NCBI GenBank assembly: GCA_943354835.1
Contig: CALRDH010000003.1
Location: 104,496-168,495 of the forward strand
Direction of reading: 5' to 3'
DNA from: a candidate division WWE3 bacterium
Lineage (GTDB): Bacteria > Patescibacteriota > WWE3 > 2-01-FULL-39-13
Length of the DNA stretch: 64,000 nucleotides
Made by a program: the position numbers and the translations under genes. This document shows positions 1-9,326 of this stretch, one piece after another. The stretch's first letter is position 1. The number at the start of each line of letters is the position of its first letter. Below the pieces are notes generated by a model. It was not told the DNA's origin and did no database searches. It saw nothing but the letters and a program-made list of their open reading frames with translations.

Positions 1-1027
1 ACATTCTTGTCATTGCACCAAGGTTTATAAAAGCTTGAACACATATCCATGTAATTATTCCCGAAACTAGAAGTGAAGAAAATGGATCTGCGGCTTTTTG
101 TGCGATTTTAAGTCCTCTTAAAATCAATGCACAAAAAGCCGCAACAACAAGAACAGTTCCTATGAATCCGAATTCTTCACCAATAATCGCAAATATAGAA
201 TCTGTCATGACCTCTGGCAAATATGCATATTTTTGACGTGAATGTCCAAGTCCTAGACCAAAAAATCCTCCAGATCCTAAAGAAATCATAATCTGTCTTA
301 TATGATATCCAGCACCCATCTTATCCATACTTTCGGGATTAAATAGCGTTTGAATTCTATCCATACGATATTTTGCAGACATGGCATATAAAGTTCCAAA
401 AAGAGCAATTAAAGGTCCAGAAATAAGAAAATACATAAGACCTCCACCCGAAACGTAATACATAACGATTAAGATAATTACCAAAATAAAAGCAGTCGTA
501 AAATCCGGTTCTATGAATATTAAACCTGTAGCGATCAACATAACGATATTGAATTTAATAATTGCTCGCCACAGGCTATTTTCTTTATATCTTGCTGAAG
601 TTAAAAACGATGCAAAAAATATAATACTCGCGAGTTTTGCAAGCTCGCTTGGTTGAAAACTGATTCTTCCTATAAATGGAATTGCAGGAAGTGGTGATGG
701 ATTAAGCACAAACCATCTTTTTGCTCCGTATACAGAAGGTGCAAACCAAGTTGGAAGTAAAATAAAAGCAAGTAATAACAGCGAAAAAATAAAAAGATGC
801 GGTGCATATTTCTTTACTAACTTCAAGTCAATTCTGGATAAAAAAAACATGCCGGTAAAACCTATAAACATCCATCCAAATTGAAGAATCAAAAAATGAT
901 ATTTTCCACCAAATGTTTCAGATGCATAAACAACAGAGGCCTCATAAACCATGAGAAGTCCAAAAACCGCAATGGCTAAAATAATTCCAAGGAAAACTCT
1001 ATCAAATGGGCGGATTTTTAAAATCAT
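1..1027 (-). CDS. ftsW: FtsW/RodA (SEDS) peptidoglycan polymerase, 3' end runs off the window
   Basis: Not in the ORF track. Manual translation from ATG at 1027 (ATGA overlap with the upstream stop) gives MILKIRPFDRVFLGIILAIAVFGLLMVYEAS..., followed by FQPSELAK, IEPDFTT, GSGGFFGLGLG and LPEVMTDSIFAIIGEEFG SEDS motifs. Lies in the dcw cluster. Confidence 0.93.
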   Translation of the reverse strand, partial: MILKIRPFDRVFLGIILAIAVFGLLMVYEASVVYASETFGGKYHFLILQFGWMFIGFTGMFFLSRIDLKLVKKYAPHLFIFSLLLLAFILLPTWFAPSVYGAKRWFVLNPSPLPAIPFIGRISFQPSELAKLASIIFFASFLTSARYKENSLWRAIIKFNIVMLIATGLIFIEPDFTTAFILVIILIVMYYVSGGGLMYFLISGPLIALFGTLYAMSAKYRMDRIQTLFNPESMDKMGAGYHIRQIMISLGSGGFFGLGLGHSRQKYAYLPEVMTDSIFAIIGEEFGFIGTVLVVAAFCALILRGLKIAQKAADPFSSLLVSGIITWICVQAFINLGAMTRM

Positions 1028-2211
1028 TTTTTAGAAATATCTATGTTTAATGACTTTAAATTATCTACTAAATACGGCATGTAATCAGATATAACATCAA
1101 AACCAGATATTTTGCTATTTCCTGAATAACAACACGCAAAAGACAAAACTGCAGACCCAACAGAAAGATCATTCACATCATTTTTTACCGATGAAAATGC
1201 ACTTGGAGGCTTTATCGTTATTAAAGAAAATCCTTTTTTGCCTTCTTCTACTTCAATTCGACAACCCATTATATTTAAATCTGTAATCAACGGATCAAGA
1301 TTTGGATACGAAACTGTAATAATTTTAGTTGTCTTCTTTGTTGTTTTTGCTAATAACAAAACTAGATGAGCAATGCTATTAAATGATTGTGATGACCAAT
1401 CAATTATTGGCTTTTCGGGAGCACCAACGTACCAAATCTTAATTGAATCTTGAATAACTTCATATCTAAAGCCAATTGAATCAATTGATAAAAGAAAATT
1501 TAAAGACTCTGAAAGGTCAAAATTATGCAAAGAAACCTCACCATTTGAAAAGCTGGCTATACTAGCATAAAGATTAAATTCCACTTGACTATATGAAGCC
1601 TTATATTCGTCTAAAACACCTTCGGTATAGAAATTAAACCTTGCATCATTCTTATCGTAATCAATCGATAAATTCTTAAATAAATAAGATATAAAAAGTC
1701 TTGATGCAACTAAGTAAGGATCAGCATATATAAGATTAAAATTTTTCTTGATTTCGAAATCGGCATCAAGTGGAAGTTTTAGATTCAGGATATTGTAATT
1801 CGACTTGACCAAGACTCCTAATTCTCTAAAAAATTTAACTTCAGTCCTTAATTCTGGATGTACTTCACACTCTCTATTTCTTCGTAAAAGTATGGGAATC
1901 AATATTTGCGCAAAACCATACTCGTTACCTTCAAATAGACCGACAAGATTTTCTCTAAGTTCCCCCGTGCCATCAACCGTAATAACTGATTCATCTTCCC
2001 AATCTACTGAGATTCCAAGCTTTTCAATGCTTGATAGAAAATCTAAAAATAATTTACATCTAGGAACATTTCGTATCCTCGCTTTTTTGGCGTGAAATAA
2101 TGCAAGACATATATAAAAAATCGATGACAATGGATCGCCTGATAAATACACATTTCCATGTAATATCGAATGGCCTTTTATTTTTACAGAATCTGTTTTT
2201 ATTTCTGACAT
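1024..2211 (-). CDS. Degenerate MurA/EPSP-synthase-fold protein (probable pseudoenzyme)
   Basis: The N-terminus (IKGHSILHGNVYLSG...IRNVP) and C-terminus (DLSVGSAVL...LVDNLKSLNIDI) resemble MurA. The GxKN motif is replaced by GDPL and there is no GGCxIGxRP catalytic loop. Confidence 0.6.
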   Translation of the reverse strand: MSEIKTDSVKIKGHSILHGNVYLSGDPLSSIFYICLALFHAKKARIRNVPRCKLFLDFLSSIEKLGISVDWEDESVITVDGTGELRENLVGLFEGNEYGFAQILIPILLRRNRECEVHPELRTEVKFFRELGVLVKSNYNILNLKLPLDADFEIKKNFNLIYADPYLVASRLFISYLFKNLSIDYDKNDARFNFYTEGVLDEYKASYSQVEFNLYASIASFSNGEVSLHNFDLSESLNFLLSIDSIGFRYEVIQDSIKIWYVGAPEKPIIDWSSQSFNSIAHLVLLLAKTTKKTTKIITVSYPNLDPLITDLNIMGCRIEVEEGKKGFSLITIKPPSAFSSVKNDVNDLSVGSAVLSFACCYSGNSKISGFDVISDYMPYLVDNLKSLNIDISKK

Positions 2212-2212
2212 T

Positions 2213-3910
2213 TTATTTTGGTTCTATATCGCTTGCTAAACTGTAATAACTCGCGAGCTTCTCTGCAATCCTCATCCAGAGTGGAACGGCTGTTTCCGAA
2301 GAATAACCGCTTGGGAATTTTGGCTCAACTAACCTTACAAGCATAACAAAATTTCTGTAAGTCGGGAAAAAGCCAACAAACGTTGCATTGGTTAAGTTTT
2401 CATCGTACCCGCCCTTAATTGCAATCTGCGCTGTACCTGTTTTTCCAGCTACTTTAAATTTTTTAGAAACAAAAAATTTGCTTTCGCCACCTGATACGGC
2501 TTGTGTAAGCATATCTACCATAGTTTCAGCAGAATTCTCGGAAATTGCCCGATTAAGTATAACTGGTTTTATATTAACTTCCTTATCGTCTTGTACAATT
2601 CTTTTTACAATGTATGGCCTCATTACGATTCCCTTATTTGCAATTGCTGAAAAGGCTACTGTGACCTGCAGGGGAGTTGCTGATACACCTTGTCCAAATG
2701 ATGCATTCACAAGCTCGATATCTTTTAGTGGAAATTGACTGTACAAAAGTCCCTTTTCTTCACCCATAAGATCAATTCCCGTATAGTTACCAAAAGAAAA
2801 ACTCGAAAAATATTCCATTAAAGGCTTGCCACCTACTTGCGTTCCAACCCAAGCCGCACCAAGATTATTTGAGTGTTGAAGGACAGAAATCATTGTTTCT
2901 ATACCATGATGCTTTCCATCCCAATTATCAACCTTGTATCCAGAAAACCACATAGGTCCGGCATCATTATATGTACTTTGCGGCTCAACTTTTGATAAAT
3001 CTATAGCAGATGCCATTGTGATTCCTTTAATTACAGATCCTGGTTCATACGTTGTTGAGATCGCACTATTTCGAACAGCAAATTCATCTTTATATGCTTC
3101 TTTGTAATCACTCGGATTGAAATCAGGATAATTCGCCATTGCAAGAACGCCTCCAGTTGAAGGATCAAGTATAACAACGCTTCCAGATTTTGCATTATAA
3201 CGTTCTACGCCATCTTTTAGCATTGCTTCGGAGACAAATTGAACATACCGATCTATGGTTAATTCAAGATCGCTACCATTTTTTGGTTCAATCTTATTAC
3301 TACCTGCCCATATTATTGGATCTCCACTTGCTGATCTTTCTTGAAGTAGCCAACCAGGTTGTCCACTTAAATCACCATCATAATATTGTTCTAACCCATA
3401 ATATCCAATGTCAGAACCACTATCATCTTTACCAACAAAACCTAGAACATGACTTAACATATTTTGTTCTGGATAATATCTTGTATAAAGTTCTTTAAAT
3501 GACAGTGCTTTTTTTAACTTTTCGGAATCAATAGTTTCAAGTGCTTTTTTATTTTCATAAGTTATAGGGTTTTTTAATGTTAGCCAAGTCCTTTCGTTTA
3601 ATTGCGCGTCTGAAATCGCTTTGCGATCTAGATTCTCGATATAAGGTGAGAGTGTTTTATATATATCAATTTCGGTTCCTATTTCTTTTAAATTTAAAAT
3701 TAATTCGTATCTTACTTGTGAAGATGCCACAGGATATCCATCGGTGGTATAAATATTTCCTCTTCTCGCATAAAGTTGATATTCTTGCCACTGCTGTTCA
3801 CGAGCAAGTGATTTATATCTTGAAGCATTTAGAACCTGAATTTGGAATAAACGTGAAATGGTTAATAAAGCAAAGATGATAATAAAATATCTAAAGAGAT
3901 TAAAGCGCAT
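2213..3910 (-). CDS. ftsI: Class B penicillin-binding protein (FtsI/PBP3-like transpeptidase)
   Basis: N-terminal TM, RGNIY, RYYP and GLEQYYD motifs; intact SVIK (SxxK), SNN and KTGTAQ motifs; follows ftsL. Confidence 0.93.
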   Translation of the reverse strand: MRFNLFRYFIIIFALLTISRLFQIQVLNASRYKSLAREQQWQEYQLYARRGNIYTTDGYPVASSQVRYELILNLKEIGTEIDIYKTLSPYIENLDRKAISDAQLNERTWLTLKNPITYENKKALETIDSEKLKKALSFKELYTRYYPEQNMLSHVLGFVGKDDSGSDIGYYGLEQYYDGDLSGQPGWLLQERSASGDPIIWAGSNKIEPKNGSDLELTIDRYVQFVSEAMLKDGVERYNAKSGSVVILDPSTGGVLAMANYPDFNPSDYKEAYKDEFAVRNSAISTTYEPGSVIKGITMASAIDLSKVEPQSTYNDAGPMWFSGYKVDNWDGKHHGIETMISVLQHSNNLGAAWVGTQVGGKPLMEYFSSFSFGNYTGIDLMGEEKGLLYSQFPLKDIELVNASFGQGVSATPLQVTVAFSAIANKGIVMRPYIVKRIVQDDKEVNIKPVILNRAISENSAETMVDMLTQAVSGGESKFFVSKKFKVAGKTGTAQIAIKGGYDENLTNATFVGFFPTYRNFVMLVRLVEPKFPSGYSSETAVPLWMRIAEKLASYYSLASDIEPK

Positions 3911-3917
3911 GATACCT

Positions 3918-4217
3918 TTATCTTAATGCTAAATCTGGAGAAGTATAGAATTCAGATTGTGAATCTGTAAAACCATTTTCTTGTGCTAGTTTTGTTAAAT
4001 TTGACATTGATGCAGCCTGCGAATATTTATTTTGAAGATTTTCACTTTCTAAAGTTAATTCTTTAATTTGAGATTCAACAATTGCTAAATCATTCCCAGC
4101 AACAGAAGCCTTATCAGACATATACAAATTAACAAATAACGAACAGACAATTGATATTATTACTAATATATTTATTTTTTTGCAGACGTTATTTATATTC
4201 ATATTATTTTCTTTCAA
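3918..4217 (-). CDS. ftsL: FtsL-like cell division protein (TM + coiled coil)
   Basis: 99 aa with one TM, heptad repeats and an LAQENGF-like tail; lies between rsmH and ftsI. Confidence 0.7.
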   Translation of the reverse strand: MKENNMNINNVCKKINILVIISIVCSLFVNLYMSDKASVAGNDLAIVESQIKELTLESENLQNKYSQAASMSNLTKLAQENGFTDSQSEFYTSPDLALR

Positions 4218-5076
4218 AAACTCTCATTTTTGCGCTTCTTGAAGATGGATTCATTTCAACTTCAAGATTTGTCGGAACTAAAGTCTCTACAATTTGAATC
4301 AAATCAGGGTGCGACCCCGCTATCTCTTTTACGATGTCTTCTTCAAGCGAGTGAAAGCTTATTACTACAAGCCTCCCCTTACTACAAAGAAGCGGGGTCG
4401 CCCTTTCAATTGACAGCCTAAGGTTTTCGAGTTCGCTATTTACCGCAATCCTTAAGGCTTGAAACACTCTCGTTGCAGGATGTATCCTGCTGTGCGAATA
4501 TCTTGATGATTTTTTTATTAGGTCTGCAAGCTCGCTTGCAAGAAGCTTCTTTCCAGAAGCTTTAACAGCGTCTTTCATTACCTTTGCATATTTTCTTGCT
4601 TGAGGTTCTTCGCCAAAAGCCAAAATCAATTTCTCGATTTCTTTTTCTGAAAGAACAACCAAAAGGTCATATGCGCAAACAGAAAGTGAATTATCCATTC
4701 TCATGTCTAATTCAGTTCTGTCATCAAAGCTAAATCCTTTTTTCTCTTCTTTTAACTGAAATGTACTTGTGCCAAGGTCATATAAAATACCTGACACGCT
4801 TCCTTCTTCCAAATCATTTTCTTTCGCAACTTCGGCAATATCTTTGAAGTTACGATTTGCGATTTTTAATAAACCGCCTTCTATTTCTTTGCTAAATCTT
4901 TCCTTACAATGTTTTATTGCATTTTCGTCAACATCAAATGCCAAAACATTGCCACCTTGTTTTAATATTTCCGCGGTATGTCCTCCACCGCCGAGGTTAC
5001 AATCTATATAATTTTTGCCTTCTTCAATATTTAAGGCCTCTATTGCTTCTTTCAACATTACTGGCGTGTGATACAT
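4204..5076 (-). CDS. rsmH: 16S rRNA m4C1402 methyltransferase RsmH (MraW)
   Basis: HTPVML, DCNLGGGGH, DLGTS, LDMRMD, HPATRVFQALRIAVNSEL, ISFHSLE and NPSSRSAKMR motifs. Confidence 0.97.
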   Translation of the reverse strand: MYHTPVMLKEAIEALNIEEGKNYIDCNLGGGGHTAEILKQGGNVLAFDVDENAIKHCKERFSKEIEGGLLKIANRNFKDIAEVAKENDLEEGSVSGILYDLGTSTFQLKEEKKGFSFDDRTELDMRMDNSLSVCAYDLLVVLSEKEIEKLILAFGEEPQARKYAKVMKDAVKASGKKLLASELADLIKKSSRYSHSRIHPATRVFQALRIAVNSELENLRLSIERATPLLCSKGRLVVISFHSLEEDIVKEIAGSHPDLIQIVETLVPTNLEVEMNPSSRSAKMRVFERK

Positions 5077-5489
5077 AGTTTTTCTCCAATTACGGAACTT
5101 GTTTTTTCAACATCAGTTTTTTTCTTACTCCATTTTTCTTGTCCCCATAGCTCGACCCATCGTCCAAGTCCTAAAAAAACGCCTTCAGAATCTAGTTCTG
5201 AATATTCTTTTAAATACGTTGGAACAACAAATCTTCCTTGAGAATCAAGCTCAATTTCTGATGCCGAAGCTAACAAAAAACGACTCGTGTCTCGAATAAG
5301 ACCTGAGACGAAAGGGCCTGATACGGAATCAGAAACCATTTCCTCCCATTGGGCAGGTGACATAATTACAAGACATCCTTCGTAGCCTTTTGTCATAATC
5401 AGTTTATTTCCAAGTTCTTCACGGAATTTTTTTGGAAAAGCTATTCTATTTTTATCTCCTAGTTTTTGTTGATATTCGCCTATAATCAT
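5058..5489 (-). CDS. mraZ: Transcriptional regulator MraZ
   Basis: MIIGEY...DKNRIAFPKKFR, DSQGRFVVP, GLGRWVELW. ATG at 5489 gives 143 aa; the ORF-track GTG at 5513 falls inside the operator. Confidence 0.95.
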   Translation of the reverse strand: MIIGEYQQKLGDKNRIAFPKKFREELGNKLIMTKGYEGCLVIMSPAQWEEMVSDSVSGPFVSGLIRDTSRFLLASASEIELDSQGRFVVPTYLKEYSELDSEGVFLGLGRWVELWGQEKWSKKKTDVEKTSSVIGEKLCITRQ

Positions 5490-5507
5490 ATGTGAATGTA
5501 CTGATGG

Positions 5508-5533
5508 CTCCACCTATCACCACTAATCACCAC
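5508..5533 (-). promoter_or_regulatory. MraZ operator: three GTGG[A/T]G boxes with 4-nt spacers
   Basis: The minus strand reads GTGGTG-atta-GTGGTG-atag-GTGGAG just upstream of mraZ, matching the Bacillus-type MraZ binding repeats. Confidence 0.85.
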
Positions 5534-5543
5534 CATAATCTAT

Positions 5544-5571
5544 ATAGTACATTTGACATAGGGATTTGCAA
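5544..5571 (-). promoter_or_regulatory. Putative sigma70 promoter of the dcw operon
   Basis: Minus strand TTGCAA-N16-TACTAT immediately upstream of the MraZ boxes. Confidence 0.45.
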
Positions 5572-5620
5572 CGCGAATTACACCCGAAAAGGCTATGATA
5601 TATGGAAATTTAAAAATGGA

Positions 5621-5660
5621 TTACCGAATGTTGCCTAATATTGCCAGATACTGCCGAATC
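5621..5660. repeat. Imperfect 4 x 10-bp tandem repeat (consensus about TTGCCGAATA)
   Basis: ttaccgaatg/ttgcctaata/ttgccagata/ctgccgaatc in the intergenic region. Confidence 0.55.
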
Positions 5661-5663
5661 TAA

Positions 5664-8600
5664 TTACTCCGTCGTGAAAGTATAGTATGCGTCGTAGGTG
5701 TAATTTTTGCCTTGACTCATAACTTCAAAGAAATATTCTTTTTGGGGTTCTAGATTTGTCAGCTTTGCCTCGTGGTATTTAGCTTTTGCTATTGAAAACA
5801 CTTCGTTTCCGTATTGTGTTGACTCTCCGTAGTTAACTTTGTTGTTGTATGTGTAATGATTTGTTTGCCAACTTACTATTGCGTAATCATCTCCAATCTC
5901 TTTGACCTTTACCTTTGTTATCTGTGTTGGGTTTTTGTCAAACACAAACGCGAAAAGGTTCACAACACTTACTTTTGCATCATATAAAAATCCTGGATTA
6001 TCACCAACGTATACGTATACTTTTTCTTTGTCATCTTTTTTAAATGGTTGGGCTAAAAAGTTTCCTGCGTTTTTAATACCGCCAATTGACCACCAGTAGA
6101 TATTGGCAAACATTTTCCCTGACCGACTAAGTAGCCCTTCTTTTTTAGGTTCTTGTTTTTCTACTTGTGAGGTTACTTCTTCTACTGTTGGAGTAATTTC
6201 TTGGACTTCATCTTGAATTTCAGTTGTTTTCTCTGTTTCAACGATAACCTCATCTTGTTTAATCTCGGGAGTAATCACTTGTGTAGGTATTTCATTTACT
6301 ACTACATCTAACTTTTGTGCTAGTAGCTTTATATCTATTTCAAATTGATATTTATCTCCTGTATTTTCTAGATTATCTATGGCTTCTAATGAAACGATGT
6401 ATGTTTTTCCTGTTTTTAAATTTTTTAATGTGGTTGAGATTTCTCCATTGTCTGTGGTTTTCGTGCCTGTTTCTATTACCTTGTCAGCAAAAAATCCTTT
6501 TTCTATAACTTCTATTTCTATCTTGTCTACGCCGCTTTCAGAATCGTCTTTATTTGGGTCATCTGCAATTATTTTTAGTGTTGGTGTCAAATTATTAAGT
6601 GAGTAGGCTGAGTCGTTTGATATTTCTTTTCCATCTATTGATACCTTCGCTATTTCTGGTCCTGTTTGATCTATATAAAATGTTCTTTCATCACTTTGCT
6701 CTTCGTTATTTACATCATCTACTGCTATTACATACCATGTGTGTTTCCCTTCGTCTGCGTCGTATTCATACTGCGTATCTGTTGTTGTTTTTATTAAATT
6801 ATCATCCAAATAGAGCTTATATTCTTTGACTCCGCTTGTTGCATCTGTTGATGCTTTCCACTTGAAATTTATATTGTCATCATTGAAATATTTTTTATCA
6901 TCAGGACTATTTAGCTCTGCCTGGGTTGGAACAGTTGTGTCTACAGAAAATGCGTCAGAGGAATTGCTAGAAATATTGCTTGCATTGTCTGTGGCACGAA
7001 CATAAATAGTATGTGATCCATCAGACAATGCGGTGGTGACAGCACAGGTAAAGGCTTCGGAGGCAGAATTAAAACTTCCATCATTAGCAGTACAACTTGA
7101 CCAACTTCCACTTGTACTATCCATTTGAAACTGCACGGTGGCAACGGTACCAGTGACATCGGTTGCTGTGCCTGTTAAGGTTGGTGTTGTGTCTGTTCCT
7201 GGGTCGGGTGAAATCGCAGTGAGGGAAATAGTAGAGGAAACGGTATCAATAGTAAATGTATCTGACGTCTCGCTTCCACTTCCTGTTGTGTTACTGAGTG
7301 AATCTGTAGCGCGGACATACATGGTGTGCGATCCGTCTGAGAGTGCAGATGTAACAGTACAGGTAAAAGCTTCAGAATTACTATTGAATGTTCCATCGTT
7401 TGCAGTACATGCAGTCCAACTCCCTCCTGTTCCATCCATCTGAAATTGAACTGCAGAAACAGTGCTTCTAGCATCTATTGCTGTTCCACTGAGTGTTGGA
7501 GTGCTGTCACTGTTTGGATCGGGAGTTAATGCAGTTAAAGAAATTACGGGCGCAGTTGTATCAAATGCTGTGTAATTTATGGCGACATCTGAAAATATTG
7601 GTGTTGCCGAGGTATCACTTGTTGCAAGGGTGACCTCGTATTGTATATACCTATGACCATCTGTTATACAACTATTTGCGCTTATGTCAGCTCCACTTGT
7701 AATAGTTGTACAAGAAGCAAACGCAGTTGCACCACTCATCCCGCTGTCATTGCTAGTTCTTGCTTTAACCGTGGCTGTCGTATTTGTTGGTGTAGTTGCC
7801 GAATAACTTAAACTCCCCCACTCCGAAAGCTGAGCTGTATCAAAGATGTTTGAGGTAAATGTACCTGAAGAAGAATACCCTATAACCCCTGTGCCGTAAG
7901 TTGGCGAAGTCGTGCCAGAAATGGCGTTTGGTGAATATATTGCGATACGACCAACACCACCAGCACCTCCGTGACCATAACCAGCAGGAGCTGTTGCCCC
8001 AGTCGCACCGGAGGCTGTAATTAAAGAAGAACCTAAAGTTGCGGTGTTAGTTGATACGAATATTGAACCTCCAGCTCCTCCACCACCAGCACTTTGACCA
8101 CATGAACCTGCCCCGCCAGTTGTTCCACTTGCATTTATAGTTCCAGTAACAGAGATTGTTGATGATCTAATGAATACTACTCCCCCTCCATTACCACCAA
8201 AAGCGGATGGACAGCCACCACTACCGGCACCACTACCATAATATAATTGTGTAAGCGCTGCTAAACCATAAGTCCCACCGCCACCGCCACTACCTCCATA
8301 AAAGATACTAGGATTACTGGCATCTCCTCCAGCTCCACCACTTATTCCCGATCCGATTGCCCCAGCCGTTCCACCTGCACCACCATAGCGTACTCCACCT
8401 GAACCTACATCGCCATAACCACCGCCACCACCGCCAGCATAGCTTAGTTCTCCAGGTCCACCACCTCCACCACCGACAGTACCTGCTGCCCCAGTTCCTC
8501 CAGATGCACCACCACCACCACCTCCACCCTGACCAGTAGCCCCATTTGTACTACTAGCTCCTCCTACTCCACCGGCTCCGTTATAAGTCATTCCACCTGC

Positions 8601-9326
8601 TCTGCTTGTTGCTCCTCCCTCATACCCTTTTCCACTTGCCGAAATTGTTCCGCCAGAGTCAACTGTCACCGTGCCATTTGCCTTAAAGAAGAGCACTCCA
8701 CCTTTACCAGTTGTATTGTTGTAAGCCGCGACGGTGAGAGTACCGCCACTACTTACTGTGGCATTGGTATATTGAGGTACTCGTTGCACCATGATTTTTT
8801 GGGTGGTGCCATCGTAGGTATTGGCAAGAGCGTTATCAAGAGTGAGGGTATTGGTGGCTATGCTTGTTATGTATCTGGTTTCATATTTACCGACATTGGA
8901 ATAGTCGCTTGATGTCCCTCGCAGATTGATTATCAATATCTCATCTCCCACCACCAGTCCATTTGGTGTTGCACCTACATTAATAGTCATCGCTCCAGCG
9001 GCGAGGGAAGAAGATATATTAAAATTCACTGCATCGGCGTAGGTTCTTCCTGTGGCAACCGTATCGGTATCAATGGTTTTGGTTGAGGAAACAGTAATTG
9101 CGCCGTCTGCTCCCGTACCAACATTTAACCCCAAAGTCACCTGACCTGCTGTAGTAGTCGCATCGATATTTGATCCGCTTGAGTATTGATTTGTGGTCGA
9201 TGCTCCAACGCCAGAGCTCCAGTTTGTTTGGTTCCAAGAGGTAGCGGCGTAAACAGGAGAAACAAAGAACAAAAGATTTTGTAGAAGTAAAGAAACAATT
9301 AAAAGAAGACTTAATATTTTTTTCAT
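5664..9326 (-). CDS. Large secreted surface protein: signal peptide, Gly-rich domain, tandem Ig-like (Big) repeats, C-terminal FN3-like domain
   Basis: MKKILSLLL...VYA signal; long GGxGG tracts; two ~100-aa DT.xP...LSDGSHTxYVRATD repeats; FN3-like C-terminus (VSWQT...LTNLEPQKEYFFEV). Confidence 0.8.
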   Translation of the reverse strand: MKKILSLLLIVSLLLQNLLFFVSPVYAATSWNQTNWSSGVGASTTNQYSSGSNIDATTTAGQVTLGLNVGTGADGAITVSSTKTIDTDTVATGRTYADAVNFNISSSLAAGAMTINVGATPNGLVVGDEILIINLRGTSSDYSNVGKYETRYITSIATNTLTLDNALANTYDGTTQKIMVQRVPQYTNATVSSGGTLTVAAYNNTTGKGGVLFFKANGTVTVDSGGTISASGKGYEGGATSRAGGMTYNGAGGVGGASSTNGATGQGGGGGGGASGGTGAAGTVGGGGGGPGELSYAGGGGGGYGDVGSGGVRYGGAGGTAGAIGSGISGGAGGDASNPSIFYGGSGGGGGTYGLAALTQLYYGSGAGSGGCPSAFGGNGGGVVFIRSSTISVTGTINASGTTGGAGSCGQSAGGGGAGGSIFVSTNTATLGSSLITASGATGATAPAGYGHGGAGGVGRIAIYSPNAISGTTSPTYGTGVIGYSSSGTFTSNIFDTAQLSEWGSLSYSATTPTNTTATVKARTSNDSGMSGATAFASCTTITSGADISANSCITDGHRYIQYEVTLATSDTSATPIFSDVAINYTAFDTTAPVISLTALTPDPNSDSTPTLSGTAIDARSTVSAVQFQMDGTGGSWTACTANDGTFNSNSEAFTCTVTSALSDGSHTMYVRATDSLSNTTGSGSETSDTFTIDTVSSTISLTAISPDPGTDTTPTLTGTATDVTGTVATVQFQMDSTSGSWSSCTANDGSFNSASEAFTCAVTTALSDGSHTIYVRATDNASNISSNSSDAFSVDTTVPTQAELNSPDDKKYFNDDNINFKWKASTDATSGVKEYKLYLDDNLIKTTTDTQYEYDADEGKHTWYVIAVDDVNNEEQSDERTFYIDQTGPEIAKVSIDGKEISNDSAYSLNNLTPTLKIIADDPNKDDSESGVDKIEIEVIEKGFFADKVIETGTKTTDNGEISTTLKNLKTGKTYIVSLEAIDNLENTGDKYQFEIDIKLLAQKLDVVVNEIPTQVITPEIKQDEVIVETEKTTEIQDEVQEITPTVEEVTSQVEKQEPKKEGLLSRSGKMFANIYWWSIGGIKNAGNFLAQPFKKDDKEKVYVYVGDNPGFLYDAKVSVVNLFAFVFDKNPTQITKVKVKEIGDDYAIVSWQTNHYTYNNKVNYGESTQYGNEVFSIAKAKYHEAKLTNLEPQKEYFFEVMSQGKNYTYDAYYTFTTE
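6942..7562 (-). repeat. Intragenic tandem duplication of an Ig-like domain (units ~7248-7562 and ~6942-7247)
   Basis: Both units contain TPTLxGTAxD, VQFQMD..GSWxxCTANDGxFNSxSEAFTC and ALSDGSHTxYVRATD. Confidence 0.85.

Noticed and set aside
7940-8630. CCACC/CCTCC-rich repeats as a CRISPR array or microsatellite
   Set aside because: They are the antisense of Gly codons in the surface protein. There is no constant repeat-spacer structure and no cas genes.
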